Source: Opitutia bacterium (GTDB lineage Bacteria > Verrucomicrobiota > Verrucomicrobiia > Opitutales > Opitutaceae). Taken from it: DNA of 64,000 nucleotides. The position numbers were made by a program, and so were the translations under genes. The notes under the pieces are model-generated. The model had not been told where the DNA came from and searched no databases. It saw only the letters and a list, made by a program, of their open reading frames with translations. The stretch spans positions 96,001 to 160,000 of the forward strand of contig CANJVR010000004.1 in NCBI GenBank assembly GCA_947478395.1. The letters are read 5' to 3'. Below, one piece after another: positions 51,326 to 60,799 of this stretch (positions within the stretch are counted from its first letter, which is position 1; every line of letters starts with the position of its first letter).

Positions 51326-54300
51326 ATGAAGCAAATCCATCAAGTAGAGGCCGAGCACATTGATCGTCTACAACCCGCCCAACTCGTCGATCTGCTGCGC
51401 AAATTGCTCTACGCAGAGGCAAATGGTCAAAAAGTTGTGGTGCACGTTCCTGAGCAAATCACTGTGGCCGATGGGGGCGAGGACGGGCGATGGGAGGGGG
51501 CGGCCACTACGAGTGAATACATCCCCAACGCGTTCACGATTTACCAGTCGAAGGCTCAGGATATCGGAATCGCTGAATGCGGATACGCCGCGCTCACAAA
51601 AAAGAAGGATGCGGTGGTCCGAGCCATCGATGAAGTCCTGAATCGAGGCGGGTGCTATGTTTTCTTCTGTAGCCACCCATATGTGCAGGAGGGCATCGAC
51701 GACAGAATCGCTGCCGTAAAAAAAGAGCTTACAGCAATCGGTCGCGTCCTAGGCACCGACCAATCCATCCGATTTCTCGATGGCAATAAGATTGCCGCGT
51801 GGACGAATCAACACGCTGCCGCAGTCGCGCATGTCTGTGAGTGTTGCCGACTGCCGCCCGTCGGTGAGCTTCGGACATGGTCCGACTGGAATCGCGACAC
51901 CATTTTTCGCACAGCCTTTCATTCGAACAAAGCGCTCGACAACCACATCCTTTCGATTCGCCAGCATCTATCAACGGCAGGTAGTGTAGCTCGGATTACC
52001 GGTCACTCGGGACTGGGGAAAACGAGACTCGCATTTGAAGCTCTGCGACCGTCGCCGGATCAATCAGACATCCAGCAGAAAAGCCTTAGTCACTCCGTGG
52101 CATACCTCGACATGGAGCATTCGGCCGATCGGGTTCTGTCGCTGGTGAGTTCAATTGAAGCGTCCCAAATGGCTGGACTAATTGTCGTCGATAACTGCGA
52201 AAGAAGTTTTCATCAGAAACTGGTTGATATCGTCCAGCGACAGGACTCCAGGCTGCGACTACTGACATTGGACTACGTCCCTGAAAGTCCTATACCTGGC
52301 ACACTACAGGTTCCGCTAGAGCCCGGTATGATGGAAGACGTAGTCCCCAAGATTCTACAAGATCTGCCGCAGGCGAGGCGGCTAACCGAACAGCAGCTCA
52401 AGCACATCGCATCCTACGCGCACGGCTTTCCACAGATTGCATCGCTCATGGCCGAAGTCGGCGACACCTTGGATTGGACTAAGCTCGATCAACGCGGGCT
52501 CGCAAAAAAACTGCTCTGGGGCCGGGGCACAGGGACTGAGAGTGAGCAGAAAGTGATACGTGCACTTTCAATCTTTGGTCACGTCGGTTTTGAGGGAGAA
52601 AGAAAGACCCAAAAGACATTTGTGCGAGAGCAGCTCTGTGGTCCGCCGCCCCTCAGCGAGCGAGACTTCGAACAAATGCTGTTACCATTCCTTGGACGCC
52701 GCATCTTGCAGAAGGCAGGAGGGTATCGCTTGGTAGCGCCGCTTCCGCTTGCCGTAGCTCTCGCTGCGGAATGGTGGGAAGTCGCTACGGCAGAGGAGCT
52801 GGAAAAACTGTTGCCTCTCATAGAAGCGGCCGGTCTAACCGAGTCCTTTTGCATCCGGGCTAAGCAGCTTCATTTTTCGGCAAACGCTTCAACTCTGGCA
52901 GCTCAACTATGCGGGGCCTCCGGCCCTCTTTCCGATGCGGGAGTGCTAAATTCTGGGCCGGGTTCTAGGCTCTTCCGCGCGTTTGTCGAATTGAACCCGG
53001 CTGCTGCGAGCGACTGTTTGTGGCGTGTGTTTGGGGCATCAAGCATCGATGACCTCAGCAAAGTTAAGGCAGGGAGGCGAAGTCTCATCTGGGCGCTTGA
53101 GAAGATCTGTTGGAACAGGGAACTCTTCCATCAGGGAGCCCAACTCCTCCTGCGCTTCGCCTCCGCCGAGATCGAAACATTTTCCAACAACGCAACCGGT
53201 CAGTTCAAACATCTCTTTCAACTTTATCTTTCGGGCACACAGATGCCCGCCGTTGAACGCCTGGCAGTGATTGAAGTTGGTCTCGCCAGCAGTGAACCGC
53301 AGATCCGGAGTGTATGTGTAGAGGCCCTTGGGGTCGGACTCGTGACTCACCACTTTTCGCGGACAGGAGGCGTGGAAGTTCGAGGCTCTGGGCTGCCCGA
53401 AGAAGATTGGAGCCCGAAGTTGAATGGCGAGGTCGCCGAATATTGGGCTAGATGCTTTTCACTTCTCACCGGGGTTGTGCTCGAACGTTCTCCCGAGTCT
53501 CCGCTGGCGCAGGCCGAATTGGGACGTCATTTACGCGGCGTCCTCAAGCCTGCCCTGCTTGAACGATTCGAACCTGAATTCCGAAAGATTGCTGAAGCGC
53601 TTAACGGGTATTGGCCAGAAGCCCTTTCATCGCTTCGCAGCATTTTCGAGTTCGATACCGCCGCCTATCCAGCGGAATCGCTCGACCGACTGAAGCAATG
53701 GATTATTTGGATTACTCCGGCCGACCTGCCAAATCGGCTAACCTTGGTGGTTATTGAGGCACCTTACGAGCACGAGGAAGGCCCAGATGGGACGATAGTG
53801 GACCTGTCAGCGAAGAAGGCAGAGCAACTGGCCGACGAGCTTGTCGAACAAGCCGCTGATTTGCGTGAGCATTTGGATCATCTCCAACAGGGAGATCAAC
53901 GGCAGTCCTATGTTTTTGGGCGCCGTCTGGGGCAGCACGAAAAGAATTCCAGCAACCTGATTGAACAGTGCCTAACCTCCCTAGAAAATATTCCGGCCGA
54001 GAAGAGGAACGTCGCTTTTTTGGCGGGCGTCTTGGCTGGTATCCAAGACCGCTCTCGCGTGCGACCGATTCTCGAACGAGTGGCCACATCTCCTCAGTTG
54101 ATCGACATCTTGGTTCCGTTGACACGCCTGACTCAGCCTAATGTGGACGACATCAAACGCATCGTTGATTTGGTCGCAGCAGGGAAAATTCCGGCGACAC
54201 AACTGCGCCAGTTCAGTTTCGGCAGCGTGCTGGACGAACTAGCGCCTCAGCCATTGTTGGACCTTTTTCAGCCCTTGGCAGCCAATCTGCCGGTTGCTCG

Positions 54301-55084
54301 TGCCGCAGTATTTGACGTGCTGAGCATGTATACCTACAGGTCTGAAGAGCGATGGAACGCTTGCCGTAAGTTCATCCGGGAGTTGCTCATCAGTCCGCAA
54401 TTTTCGTTGGGGCTGGAGAACACGATGGATATGCACCATTGGGAGCAATCGTCGAAAAAACTACTGAAAGAGGCCCCGGACGAAGACCTAGCGCGGGAGT
54501 TGACCGCTCAAATTATCGCGGCCGAAAAATCATCAGATTTGACTGTGCGGGGAGACACCGACCGTCGTTCCCTACTGGCTACGCTTTTGGCGGAGTATCC
54601 TAGCCCGTGCTGGCCCTTGGTCGGAGCGGAGTTGCTTTCCCCGAATCACTACCGAATGGACATGATTCTTGGGGGGCACGGTTTCGACGATCAGCAAGCG
54701 TCTATCGTTTGGAACGTCCCGCGTGAGATGCTGGTTTCGTGGGTTCGTCAAAATCCGGCGGCAAAGTCGAGGCTCCTCGACGCCATCTCGCTTTTCTACA
54801 CCGAGAAATCAGGTGAGTGCCACTGGCATCCGACCACGCTCGCACTTCTTGACGACGGATTGGACGCTGAAAGTAGACAGGCCGTTGGGCGGAACCTCTA
54901 CAGTTATGGGTCGAGCGGCTCTCGGGTTCCATACATCGCAAAACGACTGAAGCTGTTACGCGAACTGGAGCAGCACCCGCAGCCGACGGTGAAAGAAATG
55001 GCCCGGGAACTCCTCAAAGCCTTCGAAGCGGAAAAGGCGCAGGAACAGATGAGCGATCAGGAGGAGGCAGCCGGGATCTATTGA
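51326..55084 (+). CDS. Nuclease-STAND NTPase (Avs/AVAST-like) defence protein
   Basis: N-terminal Mrr-like 'DGGEDG..IYQSK', Walker A 'GHSGLGKT', Walker B 'LIVVDNC', GxP 'GFPQ', long helical C-terminus. Confidence 0.8.
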   Translation: MKQIHQVEAEHIDRLQPAQLVDLLRKLLYAEANGQKVVVHVPEQITVADGGEDGRWEGAATTSEYIPNAFTIYQSKAQDIGIAECGYAALTKKKDAVVRAIDEVLNRGGCYVFFCSHPYVQEGIDDRIAAVKKELTAIGRVLGTDQSIRFLDGNKIAAWTNQHAAAVAHVCECCRLPPVGELRTWSDWNRDTIFRTAFHSNKALDNHILSIRQHLSTAGSVARITGHSGLGKTRLAFEALRPSPDQSDIQQKSLSHSVAYLDMEHSADRVLSLVSSIEASQMAGLIVVDNCERSFHQKLVDIVQRQDSRLRLLTLDYVPESPIPGTLQVPLEPGMMEDVVPKILQDLPQARRLTEQQLKHIASYAHGFPQIASLMAEVGDTLDWTKLDQRGLAKKLLWGRGTGTESEQKVIRALSIFGHVGFEGERKTQKTFVREQLCGPPPLSERDFEQMLLPFLGRRILQKAGGYRLVAPLPLAVALAAEWWEVATAEELEKLLPLIEAAGLTESFCIRAKQLHFSANASTLAAQLCGASGPLSDAGVLNSGPGSRLFRAFVELNPAAASDCLWRVFGASSIDDLSKVKAGRRSLIWALEKICWNRELFHQGAQLLLRFASAEIETFSNNATGQFKHLFQLYLSGTQMPAVERLAVIEVGLASSEPQIRSVCVEALGVGLVTHHFSRTGGVEVRGSGLPEEDWSPKLNGEVAEYWARCFSLLTGVVLERSPESPLAQAELGRHLRGVLKPALLERFEPEFRKIAEALNGYWPEALSSLRSIFEFDTAAYPAESLDRLKQWIIWITPADLPNRLTLVVIEAPYEHEEGPDGTIVDLSAKKAEQLADELVEQAADLREHLDHLQQGDQRQSYVFGRRLGQHEKNSSNLIEQCLTSLENIPAEKRNVAFLAGVLAGIQDRSRVRPILERVATSPQLIDILVPLTRLTQPNVDDIKRIVDLVAAGKIPATQLRQFSFGSVLDELAPQPLLDLFQPLAANLPVARAAVFDVLSMYTYRSEERWNACRKFIRELLISPQFSLGLENTMDMHHWEQSSKKLLKEAPDEDLARELTAQIIAAEKSSDLTVRGDTDRRSLLATLLAEYPSPCWPLVGAELLSPNHYRMDMILGGHGFDDQQASIVWNVPREMLVSWVRQNPAAKSRLLDAISLFYTEKSGECHWHPTTLALLDDGLDAESRQAVGRNLYSYGSSGSRVPYIAKRLKLLRELEQHPQPTVKEMARELLKAFEAEKAQEQMSDQEEAAGIY

Positions 55085-55303
55085 CGAGTGGACGACCATG
55101 CCCAAGAATTCTCGTTCCAAGATAACGAAGGGTAAGCGTCGTCCCGGACTTTCGATTACCCACATTTCAGGGCTATGTGGCGTAGAGTCGCTGGGACTCA
55201 ATCGGTGAGGAGATAGCCATTTATGATACCGCAATCCCAGCGCCGTGAACACCGCTCCTTCGATGTCGCACAAAAGCGCCGCAGATTGTGGCGCCGCGAG
55301 CCG

Positions 55304-56257
55304 TTACTTCGTGTAAGGCCACGTCTCGCCTTTGCGGGAGAGCGCGATCTCGGGCGAGGTCATCTCGCGGCACCAGAGGCTGGCTTTCACCCGGTCGACA
55401 TCGATGTCCGACTCGCAAAACAAACCGTGAGGCGAATAGGTGATTTTGCGCCACTCCCCTGCTGGCCATGTCTCGACATAGTAGAGATGCAGGTAGCTTT
55501 CTCCCGAAGATTGTGACAATCGCACTGTCACCACGCATCGGGTGAGATTTTGTCCGGACAGATTGCGCAGGCGCAGGGTTTGGGTGGCGTCGGTCGTGTG
55601 CTCATCCCCAAGCACACGGCTTACCAACGAGGGTCTCTCCTCAGTGAGTTCGCATTCGAACAACGGCTTTGCCGCGAGTGGCCCGCTATAGCTCGGCGCG
55701 AGCTGAGCCAGACGGACACGCGCCATTTCGATGCGAGCGCGGGAGGCCTTCATCGTCTCCCAAATCTCGGCGTATCCTTTGAGTTCTTGGAGAACACCTT
55801 TGCTGCCCGACTCGAGCATATCCCTGCTTTTCAATCCGTAACCCACGGCGGTTTCGGTCCCGCTCAGGATCAACTTGGACAACGACGGCTGACTCTGGCG
55901 TTGGGATAATTTCTCCAATCCGGTCAATTCCCGCGAAACGTCCGTCGCGATCGGCGCGAGTCGCCGACATTGACGGGAAACATCATCAAGTTCCTGCCGG
56001 AAATCCTGCAACCAGACGGCTTGCTCGGCAGCAGTCACTTTCGCACCAGGTGCAGCAGTCTCGGGAGGCAACGAGGCCAGTAACAACCCACAGAGCCGGG
56101 CATACCGTTCGGGTGTATCTTCGCGCCTAGCTTCACGCCACGCGTAGTTCAAAAGCGGCAGCACAATCACGACCGCGATCAGCGCCAGCGCGATTTTCCA
56201 TTTACCGACTCCGCTACGAGGGTTTGGTGGCGGAACGAGGGGAGGCGGAGCATTCAT
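55304..56257 (-). CDS. Hypothetical membrane-anchored protein
   Basis: Pro-rich start, single TM 'IALALIAVVIVLPLL', coiled region, beta-rich C-terminus. Confidence 0.65.
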   Translation of the reverse strand: MNAPPPLVPPPNPRSGVGKWKIALALIAVVIVLPLLNYAWREARREDTPERYARLCGLLLASLPPETAAPGAKVTAAEQAVWLQDFRQELDDVSRQCRRLAPIATDVSRELTGLEKLSQRQSQPSLSKLILSGTETAVGYGLKSRDMLESGSKGVLQELKGYAEIWETMKASRARIEMARVRLAQLAPSYSGPLAAKPLFECELTEERPSLVSRVLGDEHTTDATQTLRLRNLSGQNLTRCVVTVRLSQSSGESYLHLYYVETWPAGEWRKITYSPHGLFCESDIDVDRVKASLWCREMTSPEIALSRKGETWPYTK

Positions 56258-56282
56258 GGGCTAAGAACATTGTCGCTCTCGC

Positions 56283-56630
56283 TTACCGGGCAGCGGGCGC
56301 GCGTCGATAAGCGTCCTCCAACTGTTCGACGGATGGTGCAGTCGCATCGAGCCATTGGTGCTCGAACACCTGAATGTGTGCTTTCGGAACATCGGCGGCT
56401 GCGATGAAGCCATCGCCGGGCAATCCGGTCTGGTCGCTGACGATGAGGCTGGTGAGCGGTGGAAGGTGCTGCTCGGTGCAAAACTGCTGAATGGGTCGGA
56501 GGAAGTCGCCGATGCTGGGGCGCACAACGCCCGTCGCTCGCGCAACGATGTCGTAGGTGAGGATCTGGCGGCTGTTCGCCGCTAGGACGAGAACACTCCA
56601 AAGCTGCTGCGCTCGTTCGGCTCTTGTCAT
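56283..56630 (-). CDS. Small winged-helix-like hypothetical protein
   Basis: 'LVLAA..RQILTY..VA..G..L..I...C....LPPLTSLIVS..TGLPGDGF'. Confidence 0.7.
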   Translation of the reverse strand: MTRAERAQQLWSVLVLAANSRQILTYDIVARATGVVRPSIGDFLRPIQQFCTEQHLPPLTSLIVSDQTGLPGDGFIAAADVPKAHIQVFEHQWLDATAPSVEQLEDAYRRAPAAR

Positions 56631-56653
56631 GGGTAGATTCGATTCAAGATCGT

Positions 56654-57334
56654 TTAGCGCCGCGCAGGTTTCCAGTGACAAGCGGTGCGCGTGTGGTGCA
56701 GGTGAAAATTTCCGTCAGCGATTCGGACCTCGATGGGATCGACGCGGTCGGGTGGATCGAGCAACCACGCAAATACCACCTTCGCCGGCACAATGGCAGC
56801 GCCGGGCCAATCACCGCTGGCGGGCGCCACAAACGCGGCGTCGCCACAGTCGAACGCGACATGGCCGTCGGCGAATGTGACGCTCACTTTGCCCGAACGG
56901 CGTGCCTTGCGAGTCCGAAGCACGGGGAGCGCAGCGGCGAGCAATGCCGCGCGCGGCACCGTGAGACGGGCTGCTGACAAGGGCGAAACTTCCGTTCTCA
57001 GGGGCTTCTGGCTGACAGCGGGCGAGACCGGTGCGGGTCCGATTGAGAAAGAACCAAGGGAAGGCTCCTGCTCGGCCGCGGCGGTCGCTCGTTCGGCGTG
57101 GAGCCGGCGGACTCGCTCGCGAAGTTTCGCGCTGGCACCAGCGGCGTTGAGATATTTGCGGGCTTCCACCGTGAGACGACGTTGAAACGCCTCTCCTCCG
57201 GCAGTGTTGAGCACAGCGGCTTCGGTTGTCAGAGCTGAATCAAGAGCGGCGAACGCGCTTTCTACCGCGGCGGCGGCATCAACGGTAGCAAACATATCGG
57301 CGAAGCCACCTGGTGTTGGGGATGGTTTCTTCAC
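56654..57334 (-). CDS. Hypothetical protein
   Basis: 226-aa ORF co-oriented with neighbours, Ala-rich. Confidence 0.5.
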   Translation of the reverse strand: MKKPSPTPGGFADMFATVDAAAAVESAFAALDSALTTEAAVLNTAGGEAFQRRLTVEARKYLNAAGASAKLRERVRRLHAERATAAAEQEPSLGSFSIGPAPVSPAVSQKPLRTEVSPLSAARLTVPRAALLAAALPVLRTRKARRSGKVSVTFADGHVAFDCGDAAFVAPASGDWPGAAIVPAKVVFAWLLDPPDRVDPIEVRIADGNFHLHHTRTACHWKPARR

Positions 57335-57434
57335 GATTGCGAGAGTAAGATAGTCACTTTGTTTTTGGCGACTGCTACACGATTTTGATTTCGGCGAGGG
57401 CCAGGCCCCAGCCCAGTGATTTCACCCCAGCGTG

Positions 57435-59219
57435 CTAGGGCAACGCGTCGGCCTTCGGCTTTTCGTTTAGTTGCTGGAGCAGCCATTCGAGCTGAGTGCG
57501 GGCGGTGGCTATGACAGATCGATAGGCGAGGAACTTGGTGCGTTTCCCGGAGTAGTCTGACTGAAGTTTTGGGTCAACTTGGCCGCCTACGATTAGGATG
57601 TCCAAGTTGATGCCGAGTTGGCCGGTCAGAGTATCGGCATACGTTACCGCCTGAAGTTCCGCCGCGCGACCGACCGTGAGCGAGGGGCGCTTGAACTCGA
57701 CCAAGAGGTGGCGGTTTTCGACATTGGCTGCCAAAAGGAGGTCCGGACGGTCGGTTGCGTCTTGGCCTTTGTAGAGTTTTTCGGTGAAGTCTTTGATGAT
57801 CGTCTGGAGCTGGCGGTTGCTCGCCATGACGCTGTATTCGTTGCCGAAGATCCACAGGCTGTGCTGCAAGGCCGTGTGCATTTGTGCCTCGGTGGTCGTG
57901 GCGTCACCCGCGAGTTTGTAGAGATTGTCGAGATAGGTTCTACGGCGCTCCGCCTGCTGGGCGATGAAAGCGAGATCGGTGAGGCCAAATTTATCGAGCG
58001 CTTGGGCAAAGATGAAAACGTCCGCCTTTTCAGCGGCTTCCACTTCACGGCACACCGTCCAGTATTCGTCCATCTCCAGCGCATCCAGTGCGAGGTTGAT
58101 CAAGACGGTGATGCGCTCTTCTTTTTCGCCTTCTTGGTAGCTGCGGGAGATGAGTTTTTCGAGGCGCTCCTCGACAATCTCGCGACGATGCTCGGGCACT
58201 GATTCGAGCCGGCGCTTCATCAACTGTGTCCAGCGGCCCTTCGCGAGGTTCACCTCATTGGTGTGAACCTGCGTGAGACTGGCTTTGACGTCGTCCTGTA
58301 TGGCCTTGGTGAGGTATTCAAAGCCTTTGTCGCTCTCGATCACGTCGCCGCCGGCGGCAGTCAGCTCAATTGCCTCGGCCTCAATTTTGATTTCACCGAC
58401 GACGCGGTTTCGAAGGCGATCAGTGAGTTGCTCCTCGCGTTCGAGGCCCCAGTGGTGGGGCTTGCCAATGGCTTTTTCGCCAGCTCGGAGGATGAGCCCG
58501 GCATTGCGGCCGGCCACGGGTTTTTCGCTGATGGTGTAGGTGGCGGTGGCCTTGCTGCCGTTTGGCAGAGTATAATGCTTGGTGAAGGTTTCGCCTTGAA
58601 TGTCGTGACGGGCTACTTTTTCGCCGTTGATAAACAGCTCAATGCCGGACTCGCGTCCGTAGTCGTAGGCAAGGATTTCGCGGAGCTTGTCGGGCTGGGG
58701 AAAGTTGAGGCGGGGGTTGAGGTGGCGTAGAGTGACGGTCGTGCCCCGGTTTTCTTTCGGACAAGCGGTGACATCGACCGGCAGGGGGACCTGTTCAATA
58801 TCCTTGCCGGCAGCCATGAGTGCGGACCTGGAAATAAAGATGGTCGTCTCAACGCCGAATGCTTGGGTAACGACCTCCATCTCGTCCGCGAGGATGAGTC
58901 CGGAGAATTTACCTACACCGCGCCGACCCTTGACCACGCGATTGAGGTTGGGGGTGCGGTCACCTTTGCGCGTGGTGCGTGGGCTGGCGATGTTGAGATA
59001 TTCTTGGCGAAGCTCCTGCTCCTTCATGCCGTTTCCATCATCGGCGATCACGATGGGGTCTTCCGTCATCGCTGCTGGCAGGGTGATGCGCACAGTCTTG
59101 GCCTCCGCATCCCATGCGTTGTCGATCAGTTCGCGCAGGGCACGTTCGCTTGAAGAGTAATTTTCACCCAAAATGGTAGCGACACGCGGATCGACGGAGA
59201 AGTGGGCGGGCAGGCTCAT
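57435..59219 (-). CDS. GHKL (MORC-type, HATPase_c_3) ATPase fused to C-terminal PD-(D/E)XK nuclease
   Basis: 'ELIDNAWDA', 'DDGNGM', 'GRRGVGK', 'GTTVTL'; nuclease 'RPDLLL..LVEFKRP'. Confidence 0.88.
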   Translation of the reverse strand: MSLPAHFSVDPRVATILGENYSSSERALRELIDNAWDAEAKTVRITLPAAMTEDPIVIADDGNGMKEQELRQEYLNIASPRTTRKGDRTPNLNRVVKGRRGVGKFSGLILADEMEVVTQAFGVETTIFISRSALMAAGKDIEQVPLPVDVTACPKENRGTTVTLRHLNPRLNFPQPDKLREILAYDYGRESGIELFINGEKVARHDIQGETFTKHYTLPNGSKATATYTISEKPVAGRNAGLILRAGEKAIGKPHHWGLEREEQLTDRLRNRVVGEIKIEAEAIELTAAGGDVIESDKGFEYLTKAIQDDVKASLTQVHTNEVNLAKGRWTQLMKRRLESVPEHRREIVEERLEKLISRSYQEGEKEERITVLINLALDALEMDEYWTVCREVEAAEKADVFIFAQALDKFGLTDLAFIAQQAERRRTYLDNLYKLAGDATTTEAQMHTALQHSLWIFGNEYSVMASNRQLQTIIKDFTEKLYKGQDATDRPDLLLAANVENRHLLVEFKRPSLTVGRAAELQAVTYADTLTGQLGINLDILIVGGQVDPKLQSDYSGKRTKFLAYRSVIATARTQLEWLLQQLNEKPKADALP

Positions 59220-60799
59220 GGTTTTATAAAACTGAACCCGGCAATTTTTAGTTTTCCCAGGAAATCTTGCCCACAGGCGATCAACTGCTCGGCTGTGTAA
59301 ACTTGATAGAGCAAAAGCCAGAAACGATCTTGCTCACGTTGTTCTAGAAGCTGAAGCGACAAAGCCTTTTCTTCTATTTTAGTGATAATATTAGCGAGAT
59401 TATGTCGCAGGGCGTATTCACGAAATAGAACGAGAACGATACAGTCGTCGATAGCTAGAATGCTGGACTCGATTTCTTGCGACAGCGTGGGTTGGATGGT
59501 GTAATTTAGCGCGAGGTAGAGCCCGTGGGCAATTGCATCTGGGTAGAGTTTTCGAATCCCTATCTCTAGCAATTGATCGGCGAGCAGCTTAACCTTTTCG
59601 TTCCTTAGCTCAGGTTTAAATATAGAAAAGACACACCGCTCTACAACAGGCGCAAGGTAGGGGAATGCTATGGCTAGATTAATCGCCTCTTGGATAAATA
59701 GTCGTTTAGCTCGGGAATTGTAACGAGAAACCCGTTCGTCGTCGTTTCCGACCATTTGCATCGCGTAATTTAGCGGGGTGGAGACCGCGTGTTTTTCTGA
59801 TAATTCGAGTGCAAGGTCGAGCAGGCTGCGAATAGCGCTGTAGCGGATTTCGCCAGCGGCCGGGAATTGAAACCGTTTTAACGTCTGAACCCAGGATTCT
59901 TCGCTGGTCTGGGGCATCCGTGAGATCCGAGTCTTTTTTTCGTTTATATTGAGTTCGAATTTGCGTAGGGCCAGGCCGAGGTCGTGGATGAACTTCTCCG
60001 CCTCGTCATGGGATTGGGCGTAGAAACAATAGTCGTCGATGTGACGTGATAACTTAACGTAGCCTTTGCCGACAAGCTCAGCATCGACGCGCGTCAAAAC
60101 GATTTCGGCTATTATATTAGAAGCGTGCGGGCCAATGAGCAGGCCATTCGTCTGGCCATCACGTGTGATTTGAGTGCATTTATCTAAAACGTTTCCGGGG
60201 AGTTTTATGAGGCTTGTTCGATGTTCCTTCGCCTCTTCTTGGGTATGGAGCGCCCACGGAATTGAATGGGTATAAATGCTAGAAAAGCAGGATGAAATAT
60301 CGGCATCCACTCTATATTGGGCGCCGGCCTGCCACTCTAAGTCCTCTTCCTCAAGTTCGAAGCGTTCGGGTCCCTTGTAGGACATCTCAAAAATATGCTC
60401 ACCTTTTGTGTGGCGAACATAAATACGGCTGATTTGGGGATAGCCTTGGAGGCAGTGCTCTTTGATCAGGTTCCAGTTTTTTTTAACGGCCAAAGCCTGA
60501 ACGAAGTAACTTTCGGGGTGCGGCACTCCCAGGTGGCGAGGGACGTTTGTTTCGCGCAATGCCGCATAGCGTATGAAATCGTGGGATCGGTTGCCTATGG
60601 CCTTTGCTAGTTTCTTGTCGGTATCGGCATCAAGGGTGGCGCGAATTTCAGGATCATTGATGGCCGACAGTCCTTGCGTCGAAAAACAGGGTGGAAGTTT
60701 TTCGCCGAATAGTCCGTAGTCTAACAAGCCAGTGAATACCTCATCGGGCGTTAGGCCGATGTCTTCGATGGTGAGTTGAGAATTTAAGTCGATGCTCAC
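59216..60799 (-). CDS. Reverse transcriptase, UG/Abi class 1 type (AbiK/DRT4-like) with helical C-terminus
   Basis: 'DADISSCFSSIYTHSIPWA', 'GLLIGPHASNIIAE', catalytic 'RHIDDY', 'LNINEKKT'; N-terminal 'EKLPP'. Confidence 0.9.
   Translation of the reverse strand: MSIDLNSQLTIEDIGLTPDEVFTGLLDYGLFGEKLPPCFSTQGLSAINDPEIRATLDADTDKKLAKAIGNRSHDFIRYAALRETNVPRHLGVPHPESYFVQALAVKKNWNLIKEHCLQGYPQISRIYVRHTKGEHIFEMSYKGPERFELEEEDLEWQAGAQYRVDADISSCFSSIYTHSIPWALHTQEEAKEHRTSLIKLPGNVLDKCTQITRDGQTNGLLIGPHASNIIAEIVLTRVDAELVGKGYVKLSRHIDDYCFYAQSHDEAEKFIHDLGLALRKFELNINEKKTRISRMPQTSEESWVQTLKRFQFPAAGEIRYSAIRSLLDLALELSEKHAVSTPLNYAMQMVGNDDERVSRYNSRAKRLFIQEAINLAIAFPYLAPVVERCVFSIFKPELRNEKVKLLADQLLEIGIRKLYPDAIAHGLYLALNYTIQPTLSQEIESSILAIDDCIVLVLFREYALRHNLANIITKIEEKALSLQLLEQREQDRFWLLLYQVYTAEQLIACGQDFLGKLKIAGFSFIKP

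Noticed and set aside
59216..60799. Retron, group II intron or DGR reverse transcriptase
   Set aside because: No VTG retron motif, no intergenic room for msr-msd, no maturase domain, no TR/VR repeat pair noticed
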